Positions 43,447-60,302 of a DNA stretch of 64,000 bases are shown in pieces. This DNA is from Nitrosopumilaceae archaeon (GTDB lineage: Archaea > Thermoproteota > Nitrososphaeria > Nitrososphaerales > Nitrosopumilaceae), in contig CBDBMG010000002.1 of assembly GCA_965207375.1 (NCBI GenBank), positions 640,001-704,000 of the forward strand, read 5' to 3'. Under the pieces are notes generated by a model. The model saw only the letters and a program-made list of their open reading frames with translations. It was not told the DNA's origin and did not search any database. Positions within the stretch are counted from its first letter, which is position 1. Each line of letters begins with the position of its first letter. The translations under genes and the position numbers were made by a program.

Positions 43447-43938
43447 CCGTATACGACAAAACATTCGAGGGGGAAAACTTTCGCGGTTTTCGCTCAACCG
43501 CAAATGTTTTCTCGCGAATATTTCCTTTCAAGTTTTTCTTAAAAAATATCGCGTCAAGCAATAGCTTATTTTTAGTGGTGCAGATTATGGTGTATAAGGA
43601 ATATCGAAATCCCGGGAAGGAAGCGCCGGTTGAAAGTATTGTATAAATAAGGAAGCGCCGGGCGAAAGTATTGGAAATAGATACGAAACCTGACGGCGTT
43701 CCATTAGCTACCTCAAACGTCGATAATACAGCTATGCCTGAATGCAACTTTCATTACAGCCGCTCCGTGTATCTATATATCGCTCGTTCAAGACGTGTCA
43801 CCGATTTGCGTCCTTTTACGTTTAGGCGCTTAATAATATTGTTACGAAAGTGTCTGAACCGCGAATGTTTTACCGCGAATCACCATTTGCTGTCCAAACC
43901 GCGAAAGTTTCCCCCCTCGAATGTTTTGTCGTATACGG
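43447..43938. mobile_element. Tc1/mariner-type MITE
   Basis: ~43-bp TIRs CCGTATACGACAAAACATTCGAGGGGGAAA(A)CTTTCGCGGTTT with TA TSD. Confidence 0.9.
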
Positions 43939-44314
43939 TATATATCTAGATGGCTATCACTATCATTATTATCTGTCACTGTCCAATTCTTCATCATTAC
44001 TCATTACTGGAAATTTTTCTGAATTATCATAGTTGTTTAGCTATGCCTATTATTCTGGAAAGTATTCCAGCATGAAAACATTATTAATGCGCTCATTTCT
44101 AGCTGCGATTTTCAGAATATATTTTATTTCATTCAGCCTGCTGCTAGCTACACTGTGTATAAGGGTGTGAATAATTATAATATTATTTACTTGGTAACTA
44201 TGGCCCAAATTTCATCCTGTAATAACTATGAATTAAAAGTCACTCAAATACGCTATTCAATAGCTATGGCATTATTGCATGTAGTCCCCCATGCAAACTA
44301 GCTACTTTAATTTT

Positions 44315-44590
44315 CCTCATGTCAATATCATCTCATGTTATCATCTCACGGATCACATCATCTCACGTCAACATCGTCTCATACAAGCATCATCTCATGT
44401 CAACATCATCTCATGTCAACATTATCTGTCTCATGATAACATCGTCTCATGACAATATCGCCTGTCTCATGTCAACATCGTCTCATTCTCATGACAACAT
44501 CGCCTGTCTCATGACAACGTCGTCTTATGATAACATCACCTGTCTCATGTCAAGATCGTCTCATGACAACGTCGTCTCATGTCGACATTA
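44315..44590. repeat. ~16-20-bp tandem repeat (tctcatgtcaacatcg)
   Basis: Recurring TCTCATG(T/A)CAAC units. Confidence 0.85.
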
Positions 44591-44804
44591 GGTACCGACG
44601 GGCAGTCTACATCCGAAGACGCAAAAAAGCACGATTTTTAAAATTTGAGAAAAACATCGACAGTCGTGATGTTGCTCTCATGACAACATCTATGGGGTGC
44701 CATTGGATGATATTTACTAAATATCTATGACATTTACTAAACATCTATGATATTTACTAAACATCAATGACATTTACTAAACATCTATGATATTTACTAA
44801 ACTT

Positions 44805-46905
44805 CAGAGTTCACCAATATGTATGCTCTTGACACTTCTGTAGAAAACTTGTGGTGTGGTTTTCGTGACAAATTGCTTGAAACAATAAACACACATGTAC
44901 CATGTAAGATAAAATCAAAAAACTCTCGTCAGCCATGGATAAACCGTACTCCCAAACAACTGAGAAGATACAAACAATGTAGTTATAACAGAGCCAGATC
45001 CACCAATCTACCCACACATTGGCTACACTATAAACAGTTAAAAAAAGAAATGCAGAAAGAATGCCGTAAATCATACAACGAGTACATGTCTAATATCATA
45101 CACGAATCCTATGAGAATGGTAAAAAGAAAAAGCTGTTTAGCTATATTAAATCATTGCGTGCTGATTTTTGTGGTGTGGATACACTTCAAAAAGACGATG
45201 TCTTATATTCTAAAAATCAAGACAAGGCAAATTTACTAAACCAGTACTTTGCATCTGTTTTTACTGATGATGGTTGTGAATTACCAGAGATGGGTCCCAG
45301 CATTTACCCGAATATTCCACAAATTGAGATCACCACTACTGGCATTATTGAGCTCCTTAGAGGGCTCGACTCATCCAAAGCATCAGGACCTGATAAAATA
45401 CCTAGGAAGCTGTTGAAAGTTATGGTATCTGAAATTTCACCATGTCTTTTGCTAATATTCTCTGCTTCCCTTCATCAAGGCACTGTGCCACAAGATTGGA
45501 AACAAGCACTAGTTACTCCATTGTTTAAAAAGGGCAACAGAAAGAAAACATCAAACTATCACCCTATTTCACTTACTTGCATCTGTTGCAAGATTTTAGA
45601 ACATATTATCCACACAAACATCATGTCTCATTTAGAAACTAATAATATACTTTCAAATGCACAGTTTGGCTTTCGCAAACACCACTTAGCCGAGCTTCAA
45701 TTGATCCAAACTTCCCATGACCTTGCCTTGAGTCTACACAATAAGAGTCAGACTGATGCTATTTTGTTGGATTTTAGTAAGGCTTTCGACAAAGTTTTAC
45801 ATCGCTATCTTATCTTGAAATTGCAATACTATGGTATAAGAGGAGCTACATTAAACTGGATATCCTCTTTTCTTTCAAATCGTACTCAACGTGTAGTATG
45901 TGGGGGATGTACGTCGGACTCTATCGATATACTCAGTGGTGTTCCACAGGGCTCAGTACTGGGACCCTTATTTACATTAATGATATTGTAAATTACGTTT
46001 CATCTCCATGCCGCTTATTTGCAGATGATTGCATTATTTACTGATAGGCAAATCAATTCACCAACTGATGCCAAAATTTTACAAGATGACTTATTACAGC
46101 TTGAGAGATGGGAAAAGACATGGCACATGGAGTTCAATATCAATAAATGCATGGTACTAACAGTAACTTTGAAGAAACACCCAATGTTTACTGAGTAGTA
46201 CCTGCACAACTATAAACTCACAACTGTTTCCAAGGCCAAATACCTAGGTGTTATACTAGATTCCAAACTATCTTTTAACAACCATGTCGATGCTACATGC
46301 AAAAAAGCAAATTCAGTCCTTTCTTTCCTGAGAAGAAACCTAAGACACTGCCATCGAAGGATTAAAATAGACGCTTATAATTCTTTTGGAAGGCCTATCT
46401 AAAATTATGCTGCACCAGTGTGGACCCCCCACACTAACTATCATATCAATAAACTAGAAGCTATCCAAAAATGAGCAGCTCGGTTTATAATGTCAGGTCA
46501 TCGCAGAACTATCAGTGTATCAGCTATGCTCACTTTCCTACAGTGGCGATCTGTCAAAGCCCAACACAGAGAACTATACCTCATAATATTATATAAGATC
46601 ATCCATGGCCTTGTTGAACTCAATTTACCAGGCTATATCATCCCAGATCCCCGTATCACAAGAGGACATACTATGAAATTTGTACAATCTGCCATGCATA
46701 CTGACCAATACAAGTATAGTTTCTTCCCAAACTCCATTAGTCACCGGAACAAGTTACCACCTGAAACTGCAAACATTGTCAATTTAAATGACTTTAAAAC
46801 CTTTTACAATCACATATGTAACTAATAACTAATATATTTATATAGCTAGATATTGTATTATACTCAAATCTATGAGGTTTTACAATAATAATAATAATAA
46901 TAATA
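44805..46905 (+). mobile_element. 5'-truncated LINE (CR1/L2-group ORF2) with (TAA)n tail
   Basis: KASGPDKIP, QFGFR, LDFSKAFDKV, SGVPQGSVLGP, FADD. Frameshifts after 45970; tail 46884-46905. Confidence 0.95.
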
Positions 46906-50790
<3,885 letters not shown>

Positions 50791-51009
50791 AATGTTTCAA
50801 AATTTGCATTTTAAGACAAATGGCACATCATCTCATATCGACATTAGGTACTAACGGGCAGTTGATCCCACGAATTGCACCAAGTGGAAACCTTGAGACT
50901 ATTCCTATTGATTGTTTTGTGGAGGGCTTGGATGGCAAGATGGGGAAGCAGAACGCTTTGTTAAACCTTCAAACATGCCATGAGATTCAGGGACCCTTGA
51001 GACAAAATT

Positions 51010-51350
51010 AGCAAGATTTTTATTTATATCTTATGTACAGGAATGCACCTGACTCAACCACAGGTCAATCACCTGCAGAACTATTGTTTCACAGAACTTT
51101 ATAAACCAGATTGAGCTTACTGAGGCCAAGTGTTGCTGAAACAGTGGTGAACAAACAAGCTTCTCAGAAGGAATAACATGATAAGAAGGGGAGAGAAAGG
51201 CAGTTTGAAGTAAATCAGGATGTTCTAGTAGAAAACCCGAAGGGAGATCCTAAATGGTTACCGGGCATAATTCTAAAAAAGTTAGAACCCTTATCATATG
51301 AGGTAAAAGTTAATGATAACATCTGGAATCGGCATGTCGATCAAATGATA
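51010..51350 (+). mobile_element. Ty3/Gypsy integrase C-terminal fragment
   Basis: YRNAPDSTTGQSPAELLF...KWLPGII...SYEV...RHVDQM. Confidence 0.85.
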
Positions 51351-51373
51351 GTAGCAGCAAGAATACTAAAATA

Positions 51374-51576
51374 CCGTATAGCGGGAAATTTTCGAAGGGT
51401 TTAATTTTCGAAAATTTCGAAAATAGTCGAGCATTTTCGAAAATATTTTTTCGAAATACCTAGGTAGAATATAGCCATAAACGTTGTTTAGAGGATATTC
51501 AAAAATATTTTTTCGAAATCATATTGACTGAGATGTTTTCGAAAATTTAACCTTTTGAAAATTTCCCGCTATACAG
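51374..51576. mobile_element. Tc1/mariner-type MITE
   Basis: TA|CCGTATAGCGGGAAATTTTC...GAAAATTTCCCGCTATACAG|TA. Confidence 0.85.
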
Positions 51577-51588
51577 TACATAGTCTGA

Positions 51589-52510
51589 TCAATCAGATGT
51601 AGTGTGGGGGTGTATGGAGTCCATACATTCACATGTATACCTCCAGGCATCATCTGTAACATTGATCATGACTTGGCTTTCTCTCTTCCTAAAATATTCT
51701 TTAATCAGCTTGTAATATCTCTCATGTACTATTGGGGGGCGTGCCCGAACTGAGAAGTGTGGCTGCTCTACTGAGCCTTGTGTGACAAGGCATGACCCCA
51801 ATTGTGTATCAGTTGCTTCAAACTGTTTATCAATAATTCCTTCTTGTTCCTCTAGTGTAGTAGTAACTGGATGATCAGGTAGACTGTATCCTATGCCTGA
51901 ATCATTAACTGTATTTCTAGAATAAAGAAATGATTTTCTGGTTGATAACATCCCCAGTTTCCTCCCCCTCCTCCATACTGGAGTGCTCGCCAAATGAGTC
52001 TTAGGTGATTTAAATGGACTTATAAACTTCTGTTTTCCTATCCTATTGGTTCCCATATCAGAGTGAGGCCCAATCTCTTAGGACGAACTCGGTCAGATTG
52101 TATAGCTGTTGTTATAGTAACTAATGATCATACATTATATTATGATCAGTATTAACCTTCAGGAGTAGTATCTAATGGATCCCTTCTCCTCTTCGTACCT
52201 CTAGTAATCCTCTCAGTATACTACACATGCAACAATGCAAATTAGTAAACAACAACAATTACTCGTAAACACTCACATTATTGGTCTTATTAGAGGGACT
52301 GGCTTCCATGGAAACCATGCTATCAGGGGTAGGATAACATGATCTCTGAACACCGCTCAATACAACTGCTGTTTCATGACTACCAGTATCACTTTCTCCA
52401 CTGTTCAAATTACAATCCTCAAAAAATCGTTCAGCATGCTGTAATTCAGCTGCTGATACGATTGCTTTCTGGCCACTATCAGCCCTTGTTAAATTAGTAA
52501 ATGTAGACAT
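51589..52510 (-). CDS. Three-exon gene or fragment of unknown function
   Basis: Protein-like ORFs 52259-52519 and 51589-52056 joined by a small exon near 52157-52220, with GT-AG boundaries. Confidence 0.45.
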
Positions 52511-53599
52511 AGCGGTCACGGAACGGAACGGAACATAACCGAAATATCATCATTCAACTTAGTATCGTAAGGAATATAGTATAGTAGAGTAAGCTATCAA
52601 TTATCAAACAATTCGATAATCGGACACTCATAACTCTACATTTAAAAATAGCTGAGCCTTCAAATTTTGACAAAAGTTAGAGCTAGTAATATCACAGCTA
52701 TGCTGCAAAGATTAGCTAAATATCTCAATAAAACGCGACACGAGAATCCAAAATGCATCGTGTCCGAACAGATCTTTTATCGGACGAAGAATTCCAAAAT
52801 CGGAATTGCTCTCGTTTTAGTACTATAATACTATAAAACTTCTCTCAAACTTTTGCCATCTATAGACCTAACAATAATATATTTGTGCTCCAAAACTCAC
52901 TTGTGTAAATAGCAGCAGCACCAAGTTGAAAAATAATTGCAAAGGGTACTCAGTACAGACCTTGATGTAAAAATGGAAAAAATTCTGGAGTAGGGGTGAG
53001 GTAATTATGCTGGAATAAGTTTTAGCATAATGGGGGAATAATTATTCCAGCATTATGCTAGCATTTTGTAAACAAATAATCAGGATTTATCAAAATACCT
53101 TGGAAATAGATTGATATACTTTAATAGAACAGTCCGTGCATTATTAAATTAGTGGAAAGCATTATATTACTCTAATAGAATAGTCATGCATTACAATAAA
53201 GTATCATTTTAAGAGTTACTACACTGTTTTGATGATGATTTTGAGAATAATCTTGAGAATAATGCAAGTTGATAGTAGCGTTCTTCAGTCCCACATATAC
53301 AGACAGCATTATATATGGGAAGGTTTTACACCTCTTGGAGTAAAATCTTCCCACATAGTACACACAATTACTATAGCACGACATAACGTAACTTCACTCT
53401 CACAAAATGTGGATCACATGATCATCTCAGGTAGCTATGTTGCACACTGTGACAAATATCCTTGATCGTGTGATTATTTATAAATTGTATTACAAATGCT
53501 GCACAACTAAAAAATTACAGCCCTATAATCACACTACATGCATAGCTGTCTATATAGACTAATGCATAGCTATACAGTTGAATTTGATCGGGTTTTAGT

Positions 53600-55600
53600 C
53601 ACACATTTCTAGATCTTCATCTCCAAGAGCAGTATCTACTGTTTAACCATCTGAAGGAAGATATATTCCAAACTTTCCTTTCAAACCATCATAAGATGAT
53701 ATAGCTAATTCCATCTGTCGCAGTCGTCAAGGGTTCGATACAATCACAATAACAATAATAGACAGACTAATACAAAGTAATGCAATCAACCATACAACCA
53801 GATATTATATGGCATCTAATTACATGATACAAGATGTAATAAAAGGTTACATAGTACATGGCCTAGCATAGGTGTATGCAGTAACTTAACATACTACTAC
53901 ACCATCAACCATTGCTCTCCAGCTGATGTTTCAAATTTCATCTTTACTTTCTTTCCTAATGCATCAGGTTGTGTGTATGGTTTAAATTCAATTTCTTCAC
54001 TCTTGTTATGGTTTCTTTTGTTCAACACTGAATTTGAAGGTGAAGAACTACCAGTAAAATTTGTCACACGATCGGGTGGGCCATGCTGTGCAGAAATATC
54101 AGATGGACCTTGGTTTCTGGCTCTTTCGTTTTGCTTTTTTCTTGCAGATGTTAATGTTCTCTTCTTGCTTCCTCACTTCTTGAATGGTATGACAAACTTA
54201 TACCTTCTTCAGCAATAAGCAAACAACCTTATCAACATTATACACAGAGATCATGGTTATTTTATGCACTGCAGTGTGTCTAAAGTACAGTCTTTATTCT
54301 TACATTCAACTGCATTTGTTGTAGCCGGGTACTTTGACCATACATCCTGTTCCATCATAGTGAAAGCTTTGCATAATCTTCTAAGGTGAGATGTCTTACT
54401 CTACCACTAGGGACCGGCCGATTATGCCAGCATAATTTTGATCATATTAGGTACCTAAAAGCATTAAGTATAATGCCAGCATAATAGGAAGTGTTTGGTT
54501 TAAAATATTAATAAAGATCGATATACTCTAATAGAACACTCACCATACTTGTTATTACTCTAATAGAACAATCACCGTACTTATTATAAACTTGATATAC
54601 TCTAATAGAACACTCACCATACTTGTTATTACTCTAATAGAACACTCACCATACTTATTATAAACTTGATATACTCTAATAGAACACTCACTATATTAAA
54701 TTATTTTTTGATGCAAGTGAATATACTCTAATAGAACAGTCAAATTTTAAGCACAATTCTTTTACATGAGCATAATAGGTCAAAAATTTGAGCACTGCAG
54801 CATAGCATAATAGATAAAAAATAAGCATAATAGGCCGGTCCCTATCCAGCCCAGTGTTTAGCCATAGACCAATCACAATTTAATCTGCATCTTCTTGTGA
54901 AATTTCAATGTTCAGTTTAACCAACTCATTCACAGTTTGGACACCACAAAGGGTTTCACTGAAAGCAAGCAACACTTTTTACGGCATCTTGCTTTTGAGT
55001 TTGGTTACCTATGGCTAGAAAAACTTTCTCCTACTGCTTGTTCTTGGATGATGCTATTCTATTTGCTATTCATTGACAAGAACGTTGCCAGTGTACTTTA
55101 CACCCTTTTAGCAATTCTCCAGCTTTATGCTCTCCTACTACCAAATTGAGACCAGCAGCCTCTGCATCACTTCAGTCTATAACTACTCCCAATAGAGTCT
55201 TACCAACTTCAAATGTCTTGCTATTTTGAGAGCAGTGATTAAATATCTTTCGAAAAGCTAAAGCATACGCTTCAGCTGTTTGTTTATCTAACCGTACTCT
55301 CGCTACCACCCATAACTGTGGAATTAAATGCAACAGCATTAAAAATATAGGGATACTGTTTGCATCAATCATATGTAGCTAATATCACATTGTATAAAAT
55401 CAGATTCAGTGGCAACTAACTTTAGTCATTAGCGGAGACATGGTAAAAACAAAAATTTAATTTTCCCATCAATACCAGCTGACAACATATGCGGTCTTCC
55501 CAGTTTTCTGTATTTTGCAGCTTATTGTTATTATCCCCACTGATTGCATCATCATCCTTGTCAATAATTGAGTCAGCCAATTCTTCAAATTCTGTAAAAA
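53600..55600 (-). mobile_element. MULE-type transposase pseudogene with introns, interrupted by a hAT MITE
   Basis: WVVARVRLDKQTAEAY...GVVID*SDAEAAGL, V(H)W, HLRRLCKAF...PATTNAVE, with stops and frameshifts. Confidence 0.7.
54408..54844. mobile_element. hAT-type MITE with internal atactctaatagaacactcacc repeats
   Basis: TIRs TAGGGACCGGCC(G/T)ATTATGC with a degraded 8-bp TSD. Confidence 0.8.
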
Positions 55601-57043
55601 ACCACACTGTTAAAAACGAAGTATGAAAATCATACCAAAAGTAGTGAAATACATACCGCAGATGGTTCATACCAATGGTATGTTATGTAAACATACCAAT
55701 AATGGAATGTTATGCATACCATTAATATGGTATGTACTGATATTAATATATGCAATGTGCACTTATATCCTTGCAAAATTATTATACTGCACAAAGTGCA
55801 TGTGCAGATGATCAGACAGTATTCCTAAATTTAAAATTTATGTAGTTTACTCAAATATTTTGAGATGACTGTAATATGGTATGTATTTCATACCAGTATA
55901 TGGTATGCCATGCTTGCCACACACGTACTGATATTATACAAGCATCCTATTATGGTGCATATACAAAATCCTTTGATAAAATTGATAATTTATTTGAATA
56001 TTTTTTGAAAAATATATCAGTGGAGGAAATATTTGCAACTAAAAAGTAAGGAGTCTTTCAAGTCACCACCATCAGACAAACACTCACCTCCTAAACCACC
56101 ATCTATCAGCTGAAACCAAAAGGCCAAAAATAAATAGCTACTCCAGACTTGCAACAAAGATTTACTATTTTAGTGGGCTAATCCGTGGTACTCAACTTTT
56201 TACTGTCTACGACCAACCTAGTGATGGATCATGAATACAGTAGCATCATAAGGTCTTTTTAAAAAGTGACACACACAATGGTCTAGGCCTTAAAAAGTTG
56301 TTGCATGCATTCTACAGGTTAGCAGAGAACCCAAAACTATTATTGCAGAGAGGTTTGAAGACAGACTATACAATATTGAATCACATGGGCATTGCGGTGA
56401 CCTGATAGATGCCATGTGTCAAGTTAGTTTAATATCATAACCGTCAAGTCAAAGACTAATCTCACCATCATGACCACTTAGTTAGTGGTAGGCAGAAATG
56501 AACCTGGCAATGAGACATCTGACCCTACAGAACTGGAATGGACTATAGCAGAGTGGGCGTACCCATATCAGTGCTGCATCTAGATGATCTATGTAATCTG
56601 TATCTTGTTTTATTGCAATTGTACAGGCATTATTACTATCAATAATGGCAATCAAAGCCTATATGGGGTATCTCTAAAAAATTACAAACATAAAAGAACA
56701 CAGCTAGGCTACCACACAGAATACATCAGAACAACAATAGAAATATATAGCTAATTATAATTGTATCCTGGGGCGTGGGCGGATCAAAGAAACCGCCAGG
56801 GTGGATAATTTAGTTATCCACCCGTCGTCAATGGTTACATGATACAAACGTTTAAATACAAAGCTTTAAAGCTTGGAGATAACAGTGAAACTATTTCAGG
56901 TATTGTATAACCATTTTTGTAATCGATAGGGATAGTTGTAACGATGTTGTAGGCTACTTTTGCAGTTGTTGTTTCCAAACGAATGTATAAGAGTTCCCAA
57001 TGAAAACTATCTAAAAGATCGATGTATTCACCAGGATACAAGC

Positions 57044-57154
57044 TAGTTATATCCCAGTACATTCGTGATTTATCTTAGTTATTACCCTTGTCCTCGGCTT
57101 CGCCTCAGACTCGGGTAATAACTAAGATAACTCACTCGTACTGGGATATAACTA
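57044..57154. repeat. Hairpin (~45-bp stem) capped by GGC-TTC-GCC
   Basis: TAGTTATATCCCAGTAC...GTACTGGGATATAACTA. Confidence 0.75.
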
Positions 57155-57438
57155 ATACTTGATACGTACAACACAGGTAACAAAGAGTTTTAGACAAGTT
57201 AATTAGTTTTTACAACTTAAATCTTGATTGTTAGTTACAGAAGTGATTTGTCTATCAAGTTAATTCCATAGAAAGGCATGATACAGCAAAGAGTAATGAT
57301 GGTGTGATCCCCTAGACAGGGGGCACATTCAAGATTGATATGTTCACAGCATGTATATGTACTAGCTAAATATTACTATTAGTGCATATGCACATGTCTG
57401 TAACTCCTGGGCCCTATTAGCATGATGGTACTTTATAA

Positions 57439-58265
57439 AGCTACCTCTCTTCTGGAGTCTCCTGGGCAAGACGAAGTGCTTGTCTTTCGCTCAAGTTTGA
57501 TAATCTACTTTCTCTGTAGTATTTATCCACTGCATGTAATATTATGATACTTTGAATAGCTAGCTAGCTACCTCTCTTCTGGAGTCTCCTGGGCAAGACG
57601 AAGTGTTTTTCTTCTGCTCAAGTTTGATAATCTACTTTCTCTGTAGAATTTATCCACTGCATGTAATATTATGATTCTTTTAATAGCTAGCTAGCTACCT
57701 CTCTTCTGGAGTCTCCTGGGCATGACGAAGTGCTTGTCTTTCACTCAAGTTTGATAATCTACTTTCTCTGTAGTATCCACTGCATAATATTATGATACTT
57801 TAAATAGCTAGCTAGCTACCTCTCTTCTGGAGTCTCATGAGCAAGACGAAATGTTTTTCTTTCGCTCAAGTTTGATAATCTACTTTCTCTGTAGAATTTA
57901 TCCACTGCATCTAATATTATGATTCTTTCAATAGCTAGCTAGCTACCTCTCTTCTGGAGTCTCCTGGGCAAGACGAAGTGCTTGTCTTTCGCTCAAGTTT
58001 GATAATCTACTTTCTCTGTAGTATCCACTGCATAATATTATGATACTTTGAATAGCTAGCTAGCTACCTCTCTTCTGGAGTCTCATGAGCAAGACGAGTT
58101 GATTGTCTTTCCCTCAAGTTTAACAATCTGCTTTCTCTGTAGTATATAGTTATTAGAGTTAATGTGCTAGCCATAGCAAATGTTGCATGTATATTCGTTT
58201 AGCCTTGCCCGTCGCTTTCTTTCCTTGTCTGAAGCTCTGCTATGATCTGTGCTCATCTTATCTAA
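57439..58265 (-). CDS. STPR-like 23-aa repeat protein: six tandem 69-nt exons plus an upstream basic exon
   Basis: Each 121-127-bp unit is tacag|69 nt|gtagct, encoding RESRLSNLSERQALRLAQETPEE or a variant. Upstream exon DKERKRRARLNE. Confidence 0.8.
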
Positions 58266-58369
58266 TATTTTGTGCTACCAGAAGGTACAGCTATATATAG
58301 CTAGCAGAGTAAGGTGTTACACATGCATAATCATTTAGTGCCACTGCATGCAAGATGCGATAATATGCA

Positions 58370-58595
58370 GAGTAAATGTTGCTTACCAGAAGATGTGGTA
58401 ATATAGCAGAGGTACGTGTTGCTTACCAGAAGATGTTGCTTACCAGTACCAGAAGATGCGGTAATATGCAGAGTAAGTGTTGCTTACCAGAAGATGTTGC
58501 TTACCAGAAGATGTGGTATTATGGCAGAGTAAGTGTTGCTTACCAGAGATGTGGTAATATGCACTTATTAGCTATGGCTAATGTGTTGCTTACCT
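58370..58595. repeat. Short tandem repeat (tgttgcttaccagaagatgtggtaat)
   Basis: Repeated units. Confidence 0.8.
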
Positions 58596-58671
58596 AGCAC
58601 ACCATGATCATGCATAAACAACAACATGGGTCTACCTATATAAAGGTGAAGTCAAATGCATAACGTTAATC

Positions 58672-59916
58672 ATGGCTGGTAGTAAGCGCTGTTTTTCTAG
58701 CAAGGAAGCAGAATGCTTCCATGATATTAGTGATGTGAGTACAGTATCACCCATGCGTAAGGGAGGAAAATCTGCTACACCATACTTTGATGGAACTATA
58801 GCTGATGAGAAAGGAACATTAAGATTGTATGACTTTGATTCCAATGTGCAGAGGAAGTTATTTGAAGCTGTAGAAAGCAGTGAAGGAAAGGGTGTGATGT
58901 TAAAGCACTGTGAAGTAAAGCGAGGAAAACATGGAGACGACTTTGAAATAAGCTGTAGCTTTATGTTATACATGCATGTACGTAGCAATACTGAGTAGCT
59001 ACTCACAGTCAAACTATTCATTTCAGGTATTCATTTCAAAATTTACTGAGATTGAAAAAAGTGACAAAGATTATAATGTCAAAGCAAGTCCAGGTGGAAA
59101 GATAATACAACTGAGTGAAATTAATAACCTTATCAATTTCCAACGTATCACATGTCAAGTGAAAGTATTGTCCATAGAAAGTCCAGTTGAAGTACCCGGG
59201 GGAAAGAAAAAACAAGACATTATGATAGGTGATTCTTTAGGAACAACCAAATTGACTATATGGGAAGAAGAGATTGGAAAAATGAAAGAGGAGCAATGCT
59301 ACAAAATTAGTGGAGTAGTAGTTAGGGAGTTTAAGGGTATGAAGTTTTTAAGCACTTTCAAGCAAGATTCATTCATAGCAGAATAAATTAATGATATAGG
59401 GCGCATACAAGAAGATTGTGATTCTGATGACCAAAACAAAGAAGGAAAATACAGGGTATACAACAGCAACAATGTTGTGAAGGTATTTTTATACTGTATT
59501 ATTGCTACCTTTTGCTACCCAATTATACTTGAATCAGGTTGGTAATGCATCTGTGGGTGGAGTTGAGCAGCTGGAAAAATATGCTAGCTGCATTAAGTGC
59601 ACTGCAAAAATACTGAGTGATCAAGATGATCCAGATGTGGGTGAATGTGTCAAGTGTGGGATGTTACAGTGCCTTGATGCTGCTAAAGTTGCATGGCATT
59701 GTTGCACACCTTGTCGTAAAGACAGAAAGTGCTACTGCATCAACCAAGCATCAGTACTTGGCACTGCATGCTTTTGGAGCAACACTGGCAGACATCTCGC
59801 AAACAAATAATGTAGAGAAGATTACTAAGATGTCTTTGCTAAAAGCAAAGCCATTTACAATGTTTTATCACGATGAAATAATACAGTCCATCAATAGGAC
59901 CCTGCAGACGCAGTAA
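58672..59916 (+). pseudogene. RPA-like triple-OB-fold protein with C4 zinc ribbon, intron-containing, disrupted
   Basis: YFDGTIADEKGTLRLYDF; VKVLS...KQDIMIGDSLGTTKLTIWEE..VREFKG..LST; YASCIKCTAK...CVKCG. Introns ~58950-59026 and ~59483-59538; stop at 59384. Confidence 0.75.
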
Positions 59917-60302
59917 TCAACCTGTGCACAGACAGATCGAGTGATAGACACTCAAAATTGATTCATTTTGATTAACTTTAATTTTTTTATATAATAATAA
60001 TGATATTACAAAATGGTCAGTAATACTTAATGAGCTTAAATTCACATAACCGGTTAACTGTATTGTAATTATTTCACTGTAGTAATTTGTCCTATGGCAC
60101 CTACAAAACTTAACATGTATACACAAAACCATTACATGTTTACAAAAATTTAACTAGCACATGTTTTCTATTTCTATTTCAAAGCAAAGTGACGATAATG
60201 GCTTCCGCCACCACTTTTCAGGGATAATGACCAAGGTAACCCCTTTCTAGGAGATATATTGTCGAGGGCCGGTGGAAGAGTTTTTAGGCACTTGATATTT
60301 AA

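Noticed and set aside
43280-44032. Cluster of overlapping ORFs
   Set aside because: They span a MITE and have no protein motifs.
57439-58145. CRISPR-like array
   Set aside because: Whole units repeat with no unique spacers, there are no cas genes, and exon-intron duplication explains it.
58672-59916. Archaeal or bacterial SSB contamination
   Set aside because: The gene has spliceosomal-type introns and sits among animal transposons.
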